DNA of 64,000 bases from a virus (taxonomy: Duplodnaviria > Caudoviricetes), in IMG/VR virus record IMGVR_UViG_3300033463_000008; one strand, given 5' to 3'. Positions 40,503 through 49,931 of the stretch are shown here, in pieces. A model generated the notes under the pieces. The model did no database searches and was not told the origin of the DNA. It saw only the letters and a list, made by a program, of their open reading frames with translations. Made by a program: the position numbers and the translations under genes. Each line of letters begins with the position of its first letter. Within the stretch, counting starts at the first letter, position 1.

Positions 40503-42127
40503 TGTTCAACCTCCACCGTCTTCAGCGCAACCATGGTATCATTGAGGTTAGTCTTCACGCCGAAGATGCCACGCTGCCCGTGGTCATACAGTACGAAATA
40601 GAACGAATAAATCATCTGGTTGTCAAACTCGAAAGTCTCGGTCTCGAAAGTCTTGCTCTGCGTGGTGGTGTGATAGGTGAAGTAAAGCTTGCTATCCATT
40701 ACACCCCAGTCAAACCATACGCTTTCAGCAGGTATTACCGTACCATCTTCAAGAGTCACATCATCCGGATTGTAGAGATACTGGAACAACGTATCGCCCG
40801 GAACACTTTCATGGAACTGCAAGGTCGCCTTGAAGGTGTACGGACTTCCGATAGTTCCATCCTTGTTGTCGCCGAACCAGTTGAGGATCTGGCTCCAGTA
40901 AAGCCGGGAATCATCCGCGGTCGGGGTATCATAGACATAACCGCCATCGGTGTTGGTTCCGTTGCCTGGAGGGAGTCCGGGAATGAACTTCCGTGTATCG
41001 TCATTGACCGCAACGAAGTCCCTGCCAAGCCCGCTCATGTCTGCGGCAACCGGACTATCCTCGTCAAACGTAAGGTGGATGAGGTCAAATGATGGTACCT
41101 CGGCAGGACGTTCAATGTCATCCACTATGACCTGTTCCCAGTCGTAGATAGGTATGCGATCGCCATCGGCATCAAGGATATACTCGCCGTTTTCGTCCTT
41201 CTTGTATCCCTTTAAGATTGGGTTCTTTCCAATATTGCTCCCTGTGGTATCGACACCGGTAATTTCGTTGTAGGTAAGCATCGCGTAGCGGAGCGTTTCG
41301 TCCGCCCAATATTCTTCACCATTTACCTCGCCCCGGCGAACCAGCGTCTTGGCAAACGTTTTCAGGAGAGAATATCCTTCCCTGATGGAGGGTTCAACCG
41401 TTTCCCATGCACGGCGCCTCTGTTTCGCGATTTCATCAGGATATACCAAAATCTGCTCGACATCGTTATACTGCTTGTTTACTATGAAATTCATTTCAGC
41501 ATACCGAATTTCAGCCGGAAGCGCATATGGCTTGTGCATCAGTCCATGGGCTTCAAGCTGGTAAGTCGTCTTGTATTGCTGGAACTTGGCACCGGTGTTA
41601 TCCGTTTCATCATCAAGCTGGTCAGAAACTCCGGCCAGGAACACCGGCACCGGCTGTTCAATCTCGGGAGCGAAATCAAACTCCTTCAAGCGAACCGTAC
41701 GGTAATCGTTGAAGTAAGGCTCGATGTTTTCCTTCAACTGCGCAAAATCGGAGAAATTGCTAGAAAGGACAGTCAGTTCAAATCGAAATACAGTCGGCTT
41801 CGGCTGGATGTCCCTAATCCAGAAATCATTGCTCCGGGAATAGATTTCTCTTGCGTAGGTAGGCTGGACAAGATTGCTATCGTCCTTAGACGTACCGATA
41901 AAACGCAGTCCGGCGACTGGCAGGACCTGCAGCTGTTGCTTGCTCATCGTAGTGCTTAGCCAGTTGGCGAAGTCATCCGAATAATGTGTGACCAGCTTTA
42001 CCCTGACTGTATCGGCAAATTCGGTCCTGAGCATGTCAGTGTATTTGTTCACGCGCAGATTGTCGAACATGTCGTAGATGGCAACAAGCAGTTTTTCGAT
42101 TTCTCTTACATAGTAGAACGGTGTCAT
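40499..42127 (-). CDS. Tail terminator / sheath stabiliser (T4 gp15-like) with C-terminal extension
   Basis: FYYVREIEKLLVAIYDMFDNLRV, QPKPTVFRFELTV..QLKENIEPYF; late box variant TATAAATC 42138-42145. Confidence 0.85.
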   Translation of the reverse strand: MTPFYYVREIEKLLVAIYDMFDNLRVNKYTDMLRTEFADTVRVKLVTHYSDDFANWLSTTMSKQQLQVLPVAGLRFIGTSKDDSNLVQPTYAREIYSRSNDFWIRDIQPKPTVFRFELTVLSSNFSDFAQLKENIEPYFNDYRTVRLKEFDFAPEIEQPVPVFLAGVSDQLDDETDNTGAKFQQYKTTYQLEAHGLMHKPYALPAEIRYAEMNFIVNKQYNDVEQILVYPDEIAKQRRRAWETVEPSIREGYSLLKTFAKTLVRRGEVNGEEYWADETLRYAMLTYNEITGVDTTGSNIGKNPILKGYKKDENGEYILDADGDRIPIYDWEQVIVDDIERPAEVPSFDLIHLTFDEDSPVAADMSGLGRDFVAVNDDTRKFIPGLPPGNGTNTDGGYVYDTPTADDSRLYWSQILNWFGDNKDGTIGSPYTFKATLQFHESVPGDTLFQYLYNPDDVTLEDGTVIPAESVWFDWGVMDSKLYFTYHTTTQSKTFETETFEFDNQMIYSFYFVLYDHGQRGIFGVKTNLNDTMVALKTVEVEQ

Positions 42128-42193
42128 TTCAGCGATAGATTTATAAGTTCATGGTTGTTGAAACCTTATAAGTCTATGGGTGAGGTATCCCCG

Positions 42194-42553
42194 ATGAACG
42201 AAGAATTGGAAAGATATTTTAAGGAAGCACGAGCAGTTATCAAAGATAATGCCGTCCTGGAAAGTGTGGTCACCGGAATGAAAACGGTGATTATCGAAGC
42301 AACCGGCGATTGCCCTTGCGGCGATCCTGATTGCAACGGCCACTGCAAGTACGGCCTCGAAGAAAACAAGAAGCCAGAAGAACCAAAGCAAGAAGCGGTT
42401 GAACAGACTCCATTGCAAATCCTCGAAGCAGCACGAGGGGATACCCCCAAGAAGGACTTTGTTCAGGCTCTCCGTGAGGCGATCGAACAAGTCAACAAGG
42501 CGCCATTGAAAGCTCGACTGAAGCAAAAGCTAGATAAATACGCAAGCATGTAG
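42194..42553 (+). CDS. Hypothetical protein with Cys cluster; candidate internal head protein (start corrected)
   Basis: GAGGT RBS before ATG 42194; box TATAAGTC 42167-42174; module ending VIIE|A; CPCGDPDCNGHC. Confidence 0.75.
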   Translation: MNEELERYFKEARAVIKDNAVLESVVTGMKTVIIEATGDCPCGDPDCNGHCKYGLEENKKPEEPKQEAVEQTPLQILEAARGDTPKKDFVQALREAIEQVNKAPLKARLKQKLDKYASM

Positions 42554-42554
42554 C

Positions 42555-42584
42555 AAAAAGGCCACCCAACGGGTGGCCAATTTT
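42555..42584. terminator. Bidirectional terminator
   Basis: aaaaa-ggccaccc-aac-gggtggcc-aatttt between convergent genes. Confidence 0.8.
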
Positions 42585-42599
42585 AATTCAGGGATAACC

Positions 42600-42986
42600 T
42601 TAGGCAATAGTCAACTTGCGCGGCTGAGATACCTTCTTTACCGGAATAGCAACCGTGAGCACGCCATCCTGCAAAGAACATTTGATGTTGGCGGTCGTGT
42701 CAGCCTTTTCCGGGACGGCAACTGCAGCCTTCATCTTGACTTCGGTGTCGTCAAACTTACGGGTAGCGTTCACTGTCAGCACCTGGCCATTGTCACTAAA
42801 GCCGATATCGATATCGCTCTTCTGGACACCCGGAACGTCAAACATGAACGTGACATCGGATGCGGTTTCCGACTTGTAGCAGGCAATGTCATATGCATTG
42901 CTCTTGACTGCAAAGTCATTCAACATATCATTGAAGCTTCTTGCAAAAGCGGAAGGGAACGGGAAAATACTGAATTCTTTGGACAT
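42600..42986 (-). CDS. Small heat-shock protein (Hsp20/alpha-crystallin)
   Basis: FDVPGVQKSDIDI..LTV..IKCSLQDGVLTVAIP..PRKLTI; AGGAG RBS before ATG 42986. Confidence 0.92.
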   Translation of the reverse strand: MSKEFSIFPFPSAFARSFNDMLNDFAVKSNAYDIACYKSETASDVTFMFDVPGVQKSDIDIGFSDNGQVLTVNATRKFDDTEVKMKAAVAVPEKADTTANIKCSLQDGVLTVAIPVKKVSQPRKLTIA

Positions 42987-43018
42987 TTTATACTCCTTTT
43001 TGTTTTCACTACACAATA

Positions 43019-43035
43019 TGCAAAATGCGTGCCAA
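43019..43035 (-). promoter_or_regulatory. Sigma54 (-24/-12) promoter TTGGCACGCATTTTGCA
   Basis: Exact match to TGGCACG-N4-TTGC(A/T), correctly oriented 32 nt upstream of the hsp20 ATG. Confidence 0.8.
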
Positions 43036-43039
43036 CAAT

Positions 43040-43076
43040 AAAAAATGCCGATTTTATAAGAAAATCGGCACTTTTT
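43040..43076 (-). terminator. Intrinsic terminator
   Basis: tgccgatttt-ataag-aaaatcggca with flanking A/T tracts. Confidence 0.75.
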
Positions 43077-43099
43077 AAAAGAATGTTTCAAACTGAAAC

Positions 43100-43579
43100 T
43101 TATCGGAGCTTGATTTGCCCGTCGTAATCCTTCTGGGTAATCGGCGTATTGCTGACTGCGCTTGCGGTAGTGCAGATAGTCCATTTCTTAGACTTAAGCC
43201 GTTCAAGCAATTCTTCCTTGGTAAGAAGACCCTTTTCTTCGGCAGCCTTTCGATCCGGTTCGGCACCCTTTCCATTCGGGTTCTTGATGATATCATACTC
43301 CATGCGACGGAAGTTTTTGTTTCCACGCCCCGGAGTATTGTTAATCATGTCATCTTCCTTGAACTTATCCTGCACTTCGGCCAGCTTGTCTTCGGTGTGC
43401 CACCAGTTCTGTTCATATGCACGTTCAAGGAACTCATCGGCCTTGCCGCTAGACACGTCACCGATGCCGCGTGCAAGCTGCTGCACCTGCAAGAAAAGAT
43501 CATGGCGATAGTCCGGATGAGTATCGAAATTGTTACCAATCATCCCTATTGCATCACCGTTGTTTACTCTGATTCCCAT
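43100..43579 (-). CDS. Hypothetical protein
   Basis: AGGT RBS; late box 43612-43619. Confidence 0.75.
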   Translation of the reverse strand: MGIRVNNGDAIGMIGNNFDTHPDYRHDLFLQVQQLARGIGDVSSGKADEFLERAYEQNWWHTEDKLAEVQDKFKEDDMINNTPGRGNKNFRRMEYDIIKNPNGKGAEPDRKAAEEKGLLTKEELLERLKSKKWTICTTASAVSNTPITQKDYDGQIKLR

Positions 43580-43614
43580 TGGACACCTACGAAGCTATAT
43601 ATTTCGTCGTAAGT

Positions 43615-44334
43615 TTATAATTGTTCCATATCTTCCGGAAGGACATTGTCGTCATTAACGGCCTCAGCCGTCTTTTCAACCTTCTGGATAGCCTCATCAA
43701 TCGATTCACCGGTAAGACCGGCATTAGCGGATGCGTTCCAGTGCCTGCGCTGTTTCTCACGCTTCACCATGCCGGCATACTGGTCAAACGCGATGCACGA
43801 ATGAAGAATGCCTTCATCAAGAGGGACAAACTGGACCAGTTCGCTGCGCTTGTTCAATGTTTCCCATTTCTGGAAGAAAGCGCACTTTACGCAACGGCGG
43901 ACATAGTTGTACGGGTCGTTGCTCTTGGCGGTCTTCGTCTTGGCCGGGTCATAGTTGTGGAGATAGTTCAATGCGAGAATCAGGGCATGACCCCTAAATT
44001 CTTCCTTCCATTCCGGCGTATATCCGGAGAAACGGGCAGAACCGAGAGTCTTCTCAATGACAATCTGGACAATCCTGGCAAGGCGCGGATCCATTTCCGG
44101 ACGCGGAATTTCCTTTGCCTTTTCCTTGCCGACTTCCTTACAAAGAGCTTTGTACGGCAGCATCTTTTCCCTGTGCTCTATCAAGAGCTTCATCAGATAC
44201 CCTTTGTCGATGGTACCATACAGCATGGAAAGTTCGGTCTGGTTTCCATTTTCATCAAATTCCGGCTTCATCTTTGTCGGCATGCTAGCCTTCATTTTCG
44301 ATGAATAATGAGTAACCTTGTTATCCTGGCTCAT
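43615..44334 (-). CDS. Late-transcription sigma factor (T4 gp55-like)
   Basis: RFSGYTPEWKEEF..ALNYLHNYDP..SNDPYNYVRRCVKCAFFQ matches the gp55 pattern (NFxxY..EM..NFDP..NPFAYFTQ..AF). Confidence 0.8.
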   Translation of the reverse strand: MSQDNKVTHYSSKMKASMPTKMKPEFDENGNQTELSMLYGTIDKGYLMKLLIEHREKMLPYKALCKEVGKEKAKEIPRPEMDPRLARIVQIVIEKTLGSARFSGYTPEWKEEFRGHALILALNYLHNYDPAKTKTAKSNDPYNYVRRCVKCAFFQKWETLNKRSELVQFVPLDEGILHSCIAFDQYAGMVKREKQRRHWNASANAGLTGESIDEAIQKVEKTAEAVNDDNVLPEDMEQL

Positions 44335-44376
44335 TGCAAAAATCCTTTAACTTCTGTACAGGAAGTAAACTACTTC

Positions 44377-46767
44377 TTAATGCGGCATCGAGTTCCAGAT
44401 GCTGCACAGGCGAGCCTTCGACAATGCCTCGGTATAGAGCTTGAAGCCCCAGGTATCCGGTGTCGGATGGACGGATGTCATCACCGAGCTGGCAGTCTCG
44501 ACATTCTCCATGTCGGCACATGACGTACGAAGGATGGAATCGGGATTGTAGTCCCGCTTGGCACAAATCGTCGTGGTACACTTGATTGCCCACGCAGAAT
44601 ACAAAGTTTTCTCATCAAGAACATGGGTGTATGAAACCTCATCGGTTTCTTCATCGGTGACCTTGAAATTCCAGGTGTCGTCAAACAACCCAAAATCCCG
44701 TGCAAGCCGTCCACCGTGGTTTACGAACCACGCATCGCGGGTTGTTTTCTTCATCGGAAGTCCATCTGCACCGATTGGGAGAATTTCGACATTCTCGTCT
44801 ACATCGGATTCAGTCGCAATGCCATTTGTACCCAGGTGATATACATAGTAATTCATTCCAAGGTCATAACGACCGGCGCCTATATATGCATAAAGATGCC
44901 AGTGTCCATCCTCGTACTGCCAGAACACTATGCTAAACCCGTTACGGTCTCTCGACGAGAATGCGGCATCGTTACCAACATTGTACACATGTTCGCAACG
45001 GCAAATCGACAAACCATTGGGAGCCGTTATGACTTCACTGCCGCATTCAAACCGAGTATCCCTAATGTTTACTCGATAGTCGGCATCATAGTTTTCAACT
45101 TCTTCCGCACAGGTTTCCTTGACCGGATCGCCAGCAGTCCGATGGGAATCGACGACAAGTTCCGGATTGGCATCAACGGAAATTTTATAGTCGGAGACAT
45201 CGACACCCTTCGACGGGAACAACGTACCCTTCAAGCCGCATGTAATCTTGACCGTACGTTTCGCACGGGAAAGATAACAGGCTCCGTTCAGGTAGTAATA
45301 CCAGATGTGGAAAATATTCTTCCCGCCATGTTCGCATGTACAAAAATCAATGTCATTCTGGACAATAACAAAGTCATCGCCGGAAATAGTGTTTCCGCTA
45401 TGCACAGGAACCGATTCAGTGCGCTGAACCCACTCGGCACAGGTAACTTCCCAAAGTCCATTGGCACCATCGCTCTGGTTGGTAAGTAGAACCGTATCAC
45501 CCGGACGGACAATCGTATTGCATATTTTCTGCGACCCAAACCGCATGTCTTTCGGAACATCGCTATCACATGCTATCGTCACCTTGTCCTTGACATGTAC
45601 ACCAAGGTCGGCAATTACATTTGCATCAACCGGAAGCGGCACCTGTTCGACCCTCTGGCATGGCTTGTAATATTCACCATAGCCGCCCTGCCCTTCAAGA
45701 TACGTCTTCAACCCAAGCCATTCGCCTGTCTGGACAATCCAGAGGCCATTGCCCCCGTCGAACTGTTTGTCCAACCACACAAGGTCGCCTTCAATCAGTT
45801 GAACGCCATCAAGAGTAAGTTCACCAGCCCTCTTTGGGAGATTGCTTGAATATTTCAACTTGACCAGGTAGTAGCTAAGCTTCGTGCAATCGGTGTCGGG
45901 CTTTATCCTGAAATAAATATCGGCACCAAGCTTACTGCTCACACCGCCACTTGTCGTCTTGCTGTCAGACGAGTAATCGTCTGTGACCAGTTCAAGTTCA
46001 CTGGCGTAAAAGCACTTCGGGTCAACCGTAGTCATTGCGCCTCCGGGAGTCTGTTCACTCAGCTCCTTGTTGGCGCTGTCATATTTATACCTGATTAGGT
46101 ACAGGTTGTTGTTCCAGGCAGTTTCATAATCAAATGTGCCAGCTTCCGGGCTGTTTGCACCGCATTCGCCATAGCCGAGGTGAATGGCATACGTTCCGCA
46201 AATTTCATTGCACTTGGAATCCAGGGCAACAAACGGCTTGCCGAATATGAACGATATCGTGTCATATCCATCAGAAGTTCCGTACTGCCGGTAAAGTTCC
46301 GTTCCAGACAACTTTACACATGTCCCGTCAGGCCGGTCAAGGAATACCGACAAATCATCATTGAAATCATGACCATAAATTGTCACGTATTCGGTAGAAC
46401 CGACCTTGGTGGCGATATTGTTGATATACTGGATAGTCGGCTTCTTGACCGTGTCACTTTTGCCATAAACGACAAAGGTCCCTTTCCAGTTATCCCTGTC
46501 ACCAAATGCGTTGACATACTCGACATAAACAGGGACTTTGAACCGTTCCACAGTATCAATCGGCTGGGACGTTCCACCTTTCCAGACTACGTTCCATGAC
46601 TCGCTGAGATCATCCTTGGGCGACATATATGCCATCTCGAATTCAGACGCATCGGCATCAATATCGGCATACGTTATCTTGATACCGGATGTTTCATCCA
46701 ATATGGTAAGGACGCCCACTTGTTCAGATGGCTTGTCATGAAAGACATAATTGGAAAGGGCAAACAT
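44377..46767 (-). CDS. Cys-rich virion protein with IPT/TIG-like Ig domain and two tail-protein repeats
   Basis: PTIQYI..VTIYGHDF..VFL; LDGVQLIEGDLVWLDKQ..NGLW and GDTVLLTNQ..NGLW. Confidence 0.6.
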   Translation of the reverse strand: MFALSNYVFHDKPSEQVGVLTILDETSGIKITYADIDADASEFEMAYMSPKDDLSESWNVVWKGGTSQPIDTVERFKVPVYVEYVNAFGDRDNWKGTFVVYGKSDTVKKPTIQYINNIATKVGSTEYVTIYGHDFNDDLSVFLDRPDGTCVKLSGTELYRQYGTSDGYDTISFIFGKPFVALDSKCNEICGTYAIHLGYGECGANSPEAGTFDYETAWNNNLYLIRYKYDSANKELSEQTPGGAMTTVDPKCFYASELELVTDDYSSDSKTTSGGVSSKLGADIYFRIKPDTDCTKLSYYLVKLKYSSNLPKRAGELTLDGVQLIEGDLVWLDKQFDGGNGLWIVQTGEWLGLKTYLEGQGGYGEYYKPCQRVEQVPLPVDANVIADLGVHVKDKVTIACDSDVPKDMRFGSQKICNTIVRPGDTVLLTNQSDGANGLWEVTCAEWVQRTESVPVHSGNTISGDDFVIVQNDIDFCTCEHGGKNIFHIWYYYLNGACYLSRAKRTVKITCGLKGTLFPSKGVDVSDYKISVDANPELVVDSHRTAGDPVKETCAEEVENYDADYRVNIRDTRFECGSEVITAPNGLSICRCEHVYNVGNDAAFSSRDRNGFSIVFWQYEDGHWHLYAYIGAGRYDLGMNYYVYHLGTNGIATESDVDENVEILPIGADGLPMKKTTRDAWFVNHGGRLARDFGLFDDTWNFKVTDEETDEVSYTHVLDEKTLYSAWAIKCTTTICAKRDYNPDSILRTSCADMENVETASSVMTSVHPTPDTWGFKLYTEALSKARLCSIWNSMPH

Positions 46768-46771
46768 CAGA

Positions 46772-47344
46772 CTACCTCAACTTAGCAATCTGCACCGAGT
46801 AGTTTTTCAACTTGTCAACGATGGGCTTTCCACCGGCACGGACAGATTCAACATACTTTGCACGGGTAGGAGGAATCCATTCTTCCGGGAATTCAAGAAG
46901 CTTGATGACGCGAAGCAATTCATGATATGTCGCATCGACGCTCTTGGTCGCAATGACACCGCCGGCTCTCACCTCGGAAAGTTCGGGATCGATACCGTTC
47001 AGCTTATTGATGAGTGCATCATACTTATCGACAGCAGCATCAGCATCAGCCTGGTTCATGACATCGGAAATGGAATTCGGGTCCTGGTGTCCCGGGGATG
47101 CCCATCCACCGCCTATATTCTGCATATGCTGCTGCTGAGGGAAGTTTCCCTGTACATACCCAACACCGCCAAATTCCGCACCCATCTGGTTATACGGGTA
47201 AGGATTGGGGGCATAATTGCCACCGGGCATAGTCATTTGTTGAGGAGCAAAACCAGGCTGTGCCGGAGGCATGGTGCCCGGTCCCATACCTGGCATGACA
47301 AGCCCTGGCTGTGGTTGCTGGTTATAATCTCTCTGTGAACGCAT
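46772..47344 (-). CDS. Protein with Q/P/G/M-rich N-terminus and helical C-terminus
   Basis: GAGGT RBS; late box 47360-47367. Confidence 0.8.
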   Translation of the reverse strand: MRSQRDYNQQPQPGLVMPGMGPGTMPPAQPGFAPQQMTMPGGNYAPNPYPYNQMGAEFGGVGYVQGNFPQQQHMQNIGGGWASPGHQDPNSISDVMNQADADAAVDKYDALINKLNGIDPELSEVRAGGVIATKSVDATYHELLRVIKLLEFPEEWIPPTRAKYVESVRAGGKPIVDKLKNYSVQIAKLR

Positions 47345-47424
47345 AAATACCTCTTCTACAGTTTATACCCGCCCAATGGGCAGTACCGTATCCGATGGAA
47401 AACTATTTCTTTTACGGAAACAAG

Positions 47425-47449
47425 AAAAGCGGCACCGAAATGCCGCTTT
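47425..47449 (-). terminator. Intrinsic terminator after the scaffold gene
   Basis: aaagcggca-ccgaaa-tgccgcttt. Confidence 0.8.
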
Positions 47450-47468
47450 ATGTCAATTTCTGGCAAAC

Positions 47469-48356
47469 TTAGCCGAATCGGCCACCGATTCCGAGTTCAT
47501 CGTATGCCGCAATCTGCTTCATTGCTATGCCAACGTCATCGGTCGGTTCGGCATTTTCCCCACGGATAGCCTCCAAGGTAACGGTTGTTCCCTGGAGCCC
47601 GACCCTTTGTGGCTTCAAGCCACGACCGACAGCCTCAACGAAGTTGCGCTGGGCAGGAGTCTGCTTAGGCTGGGCAGGTTCCTCGTTGCCATTGAAGTCC
47701 AGCTGGAAATCATCGGCATCCTTGATGGCATTGCGAATCTTGTCCATGTTGATGTCGCTCGGATCAGGATCGACATCAAGGACAAAGCCGTTTTGGTCAT
47801 CGATAAGATGCGCATTGATGAATGCCGTAACGCTTTCCTTCGTGATTTCGCGTTCATCATGGCCACGGAAATGGTCGAGGACATTGCTGACCGTATTGGG
47901 GTCGAGACCCTGGCAAAGCCTGAGAACTTTCGTTTCAGCATTAGCCTTGTTAAGCCTGTCAGTAATCTCTTCGTGCTTGATGTAGTTCTCTTTTAGTTCA
48001 AGGTTAACCTTGGCCAATTCCCTCTTTAGTTCCTTCACGGTCTGGGTATCACCAAAACCATCGACACCAAGGGAATTTTCAAGGATAGCGGCTACGCCTT
48101 TCAACGCGGCATACATCTTTGTGTTGATTGCGTCAGTCTGCATGTTGTTCATACATGACTCGACAGCCGCATTGATTTTATCTTCAACCTTAGCATTAAC
48201 TGATTCAAGAAGCTTGGAGAACTTCTCGGCAGTTTTCTTTGATTCCGCCTTTACACCGGCCTCCAACCTCGACTGGTAGTCCGACTCGATTTTGGCGGCA
48301 ACGCCTTCAGGCAATGAACCAATTTCGGCTTCTGTCAATATCTTTTCCAGCACCAT
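47469..48356 (-). CDS. Prohead core scaffold protein (T4 gp22-like)
   Basis: Directly downstream of the protease; coiled-coil; many (I/L/V)xE sites. Confidence 0.7.
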   Translation of the reverse strand: MVLEKILTEAEIGSLPEGVAAKIESDYQSRLEAGVKAESKKTAEKFSKLLESVNAKVEDKINAAVESCMNNMQTDAINTKMYAALKGVAAILENSLGVDGFGDTQTVKELKRELAKVNLELKENYIKHEEITDRLNKANAETKVLRLCQGLDPNTVSNVLDHFRGHDEREITKESVTAFINAHLIDDQNGFVLDVDPDPSDINMDKIRNAIKDADDFQLDFNGNEEPAQPKQTPAQRNFVEAVGRGLKPQRVGLQGTTVTLEAIRGENAEPTDDVGIAMKQIAAYDELGIGGRFG

Positions 48357-48363
48357 ATTATCC

Positions 48364-49104
48364 CTATCTCATCTGGCTCAGGTACCCAATGAGCGATTCA
48401 CGGTTAAAGCTGCGATACCCGGTGGATATCAGGGCCCTATTGTATGCCACTTCACGGCGCAGCGAATTGATTGATTCGGTGAGGACCTTTGCAGGTTTTT
48501 CAATGGATTCACGACGGGAATTAAAGATTGCGCTCTGACCGAAACTCGGGTTGCCGACCACATCAACGGTAATCATTGTGTAGTTGTCGGCAATCTGCTC
48601 GTATTCTTCACGAGTAAGCGCATTTATCTTCTTGACCGTATCACCGGCACCACGAAGCGAATATCCAGGATGATACCCAATCTTGATTAGACCGGCCAAA
48701 TCATGCCCAGCATCCGTATCCTCAGCAACGACCATGCGGCATTTAAGCTTGTCCCCTTCCATATGGAGGTCTTCAATGACAGCGCATGTCTTCTTCAAGT
48801 TCATTTCAAAAATCGGATAATCGCGGGGCTTGCCTTCTTCATCAAGTCTTGGATGATTAAGTTCGGCAGCCAGACGGCCATAAGCCACATAATCACGATT
48901 CAACCGATCAACTTCCCTGGCAATAATTTCCCGAGGATAGTCACGACCATTGATACCGACAACACCGCAAACAATGGCGGTGCCTTCAATAATCAGTCGT
49001 TTGACCGGTTTGCCATCAAGGCCGATACGCTCACCGATATGCGAAGTGGAACCTTCGAACACCGGTGTCTCGAAAATGCCCATACTGTCTGTTATTGCAC
49101 CCAT
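48364..49104 (-). CDS. Prohead core protease (T4 gp21-like)
   Basis: LIIEG..NGRDYP, AELNHP, GYSLRGAG, TVDVVGNPS. Confidence 0.93.
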   Translation of the reverse strand: MGAITDSMGIFETPVFEGSTSHIGERIGLDGKPVKRLIIEGTAIVCGVVGINGRDYPREIIAREVDRLNRDYVAYGRLAAELNHPRLDEEGKPRDYPIFEMNLKKTCAVIEDLHMEGDKLKCRMVVAEDTDAGHDLAGLIKIGYHPGYSLRGAGDTVKKINALTREEYEQIADNYTMITVDVVGNPSFGQSAIFNSRRESIEKPAKVLTESINSLRREVAYNRALISTGYRSFNRESLIGYLSQMR

Positions 49105-49122
49105 CTTCCAAACTCCCCTGGA

Positions 49123-49296
49123 TTAACCAAACTGAGGTTCCTGGTCAGAAAGCATACTTTCAAAAACAGCCTTGCTGGTTTCTTCGACACGGCGTTTGAA
49201 TTGGCTTTCAAGCCGGGCACTGACAATCCGATTGATTTCTGCGTCATCATTATTGAAAAGTGCCGTTACCAGTCTCTGTGTTTCTGCTTTCTGCAT
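49123..49296 (-). CDS. Small prohead core protein (gp67/gp68-like position; start corrected)
   Basis: 57-aa helical ORF upstream of the protease; late box 49320-49327 lies inside the longer track ORF. Confidence 0.55.
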   Translation of the reverse strand: MQKAETQRLVTALFNNDDAEINRIVSARLESQFKRRVEETSKAVFESMLSDQEPQFG

Positions 49297-49393
49297 TACA
49301 ATACCACGATTTTCCAGTAAGTTTATAAGGGAAGCGCAGTTTTTACTGCACAACTCGGTGCTTTACGCTAAGAAACTACATTAGATGGCAAAT

Positions 49394-49421
49394 AAAAACA
49401 CCCTCCGATTGAGGAGGGTGT
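49394..49421 (-). terminator. Intrinsic terminator
   Basis: acaccctcc-gattga-ggagggtgt with T-tract on minus. Confidence 0.8.
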
Positions 49422-49426
49422 CAATG

Positions 49427-49828
49427 TTAGGCTTCTTCCCAGCCGTCCTGGACCATTTTAGGCTTCAGTTTCTTGGGAACTGCCCCGGAACCTTTGCATA
49501 CGGGACATTCCTTGTCCCGGTATTCCCACTTTTCGCCCCAGTATGAATCCGGGAGCCCTTGGGGGTATGCATTATACCGTTCCTGGATTATGCCGGTTCC
49601 CTTGCACTCCGGGCATTTGAAGCCTATAGGCTTAAAGGAACACAATATCAATCCGAGTACGGCCTTGTCGCCATATTTATTCATCAGGCGCCGTACCGTG
49701 TAATAATCATCGGGAAATTTATAATCATCGGTGTTAACCCACTGTGCACTTTTGGCAACGGCCCTTTCCTTCATTATATCGGTACAGCTGTTTCCCGGTA
49801 TGGTAGACATATTACGGCTTCTTCTCAT
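49427..49828 (-). CDS. DnaJ-type zinc-finger protein (no J domain)
   Basis: CPECKGTG and CPVCKGSG; no HPD motif. Confidence 0.75.
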   Translation of the reverse strand: MRRSRNMSTIPGNSCTDIMKERAVAKSAQWVNTDDYKFPDDYYTVRRLMNKYGDKAVLGLILCSFKPIGFKCPECKGTGIIQERYNAYPQGLPDSYWGEKWEYRDKECPVCKGSGAVPKKLKPKMVQDGWEEA

Positions 49829-49931
49829 TCGATCAGTAACTCCATCCGTTTAAAATTTTTATTAGCATATTTTAAATATAATAAAAATGGCCGCGCATGC
49901 AGCCATTTTTTATTCTTTGCGTAAATGTTTT

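Noticed and set aside
43019-43076. CIRCE (HrcA) operator upstream of hsp20
   Set aside because: TTGGCAC has no matching GAGTGCTAA arm at 9-nt spacing; it fits a sigma54 promoter, and the nearby inverted repeat is a terminator.
41984-43184. ORF-track starts for 41984..42553 and 42600..43184 (likewise 36339, 49353, 51881, 61855)
   Set aside because: The extensions run through promoters, terminators or neighbouring genes; downstream ATGs have a better RBS or promoter context.
49427-49828. DnaJ chaperone call
   Set aside because: Only the zinc-finger motifs are present; no J domain or HPD.
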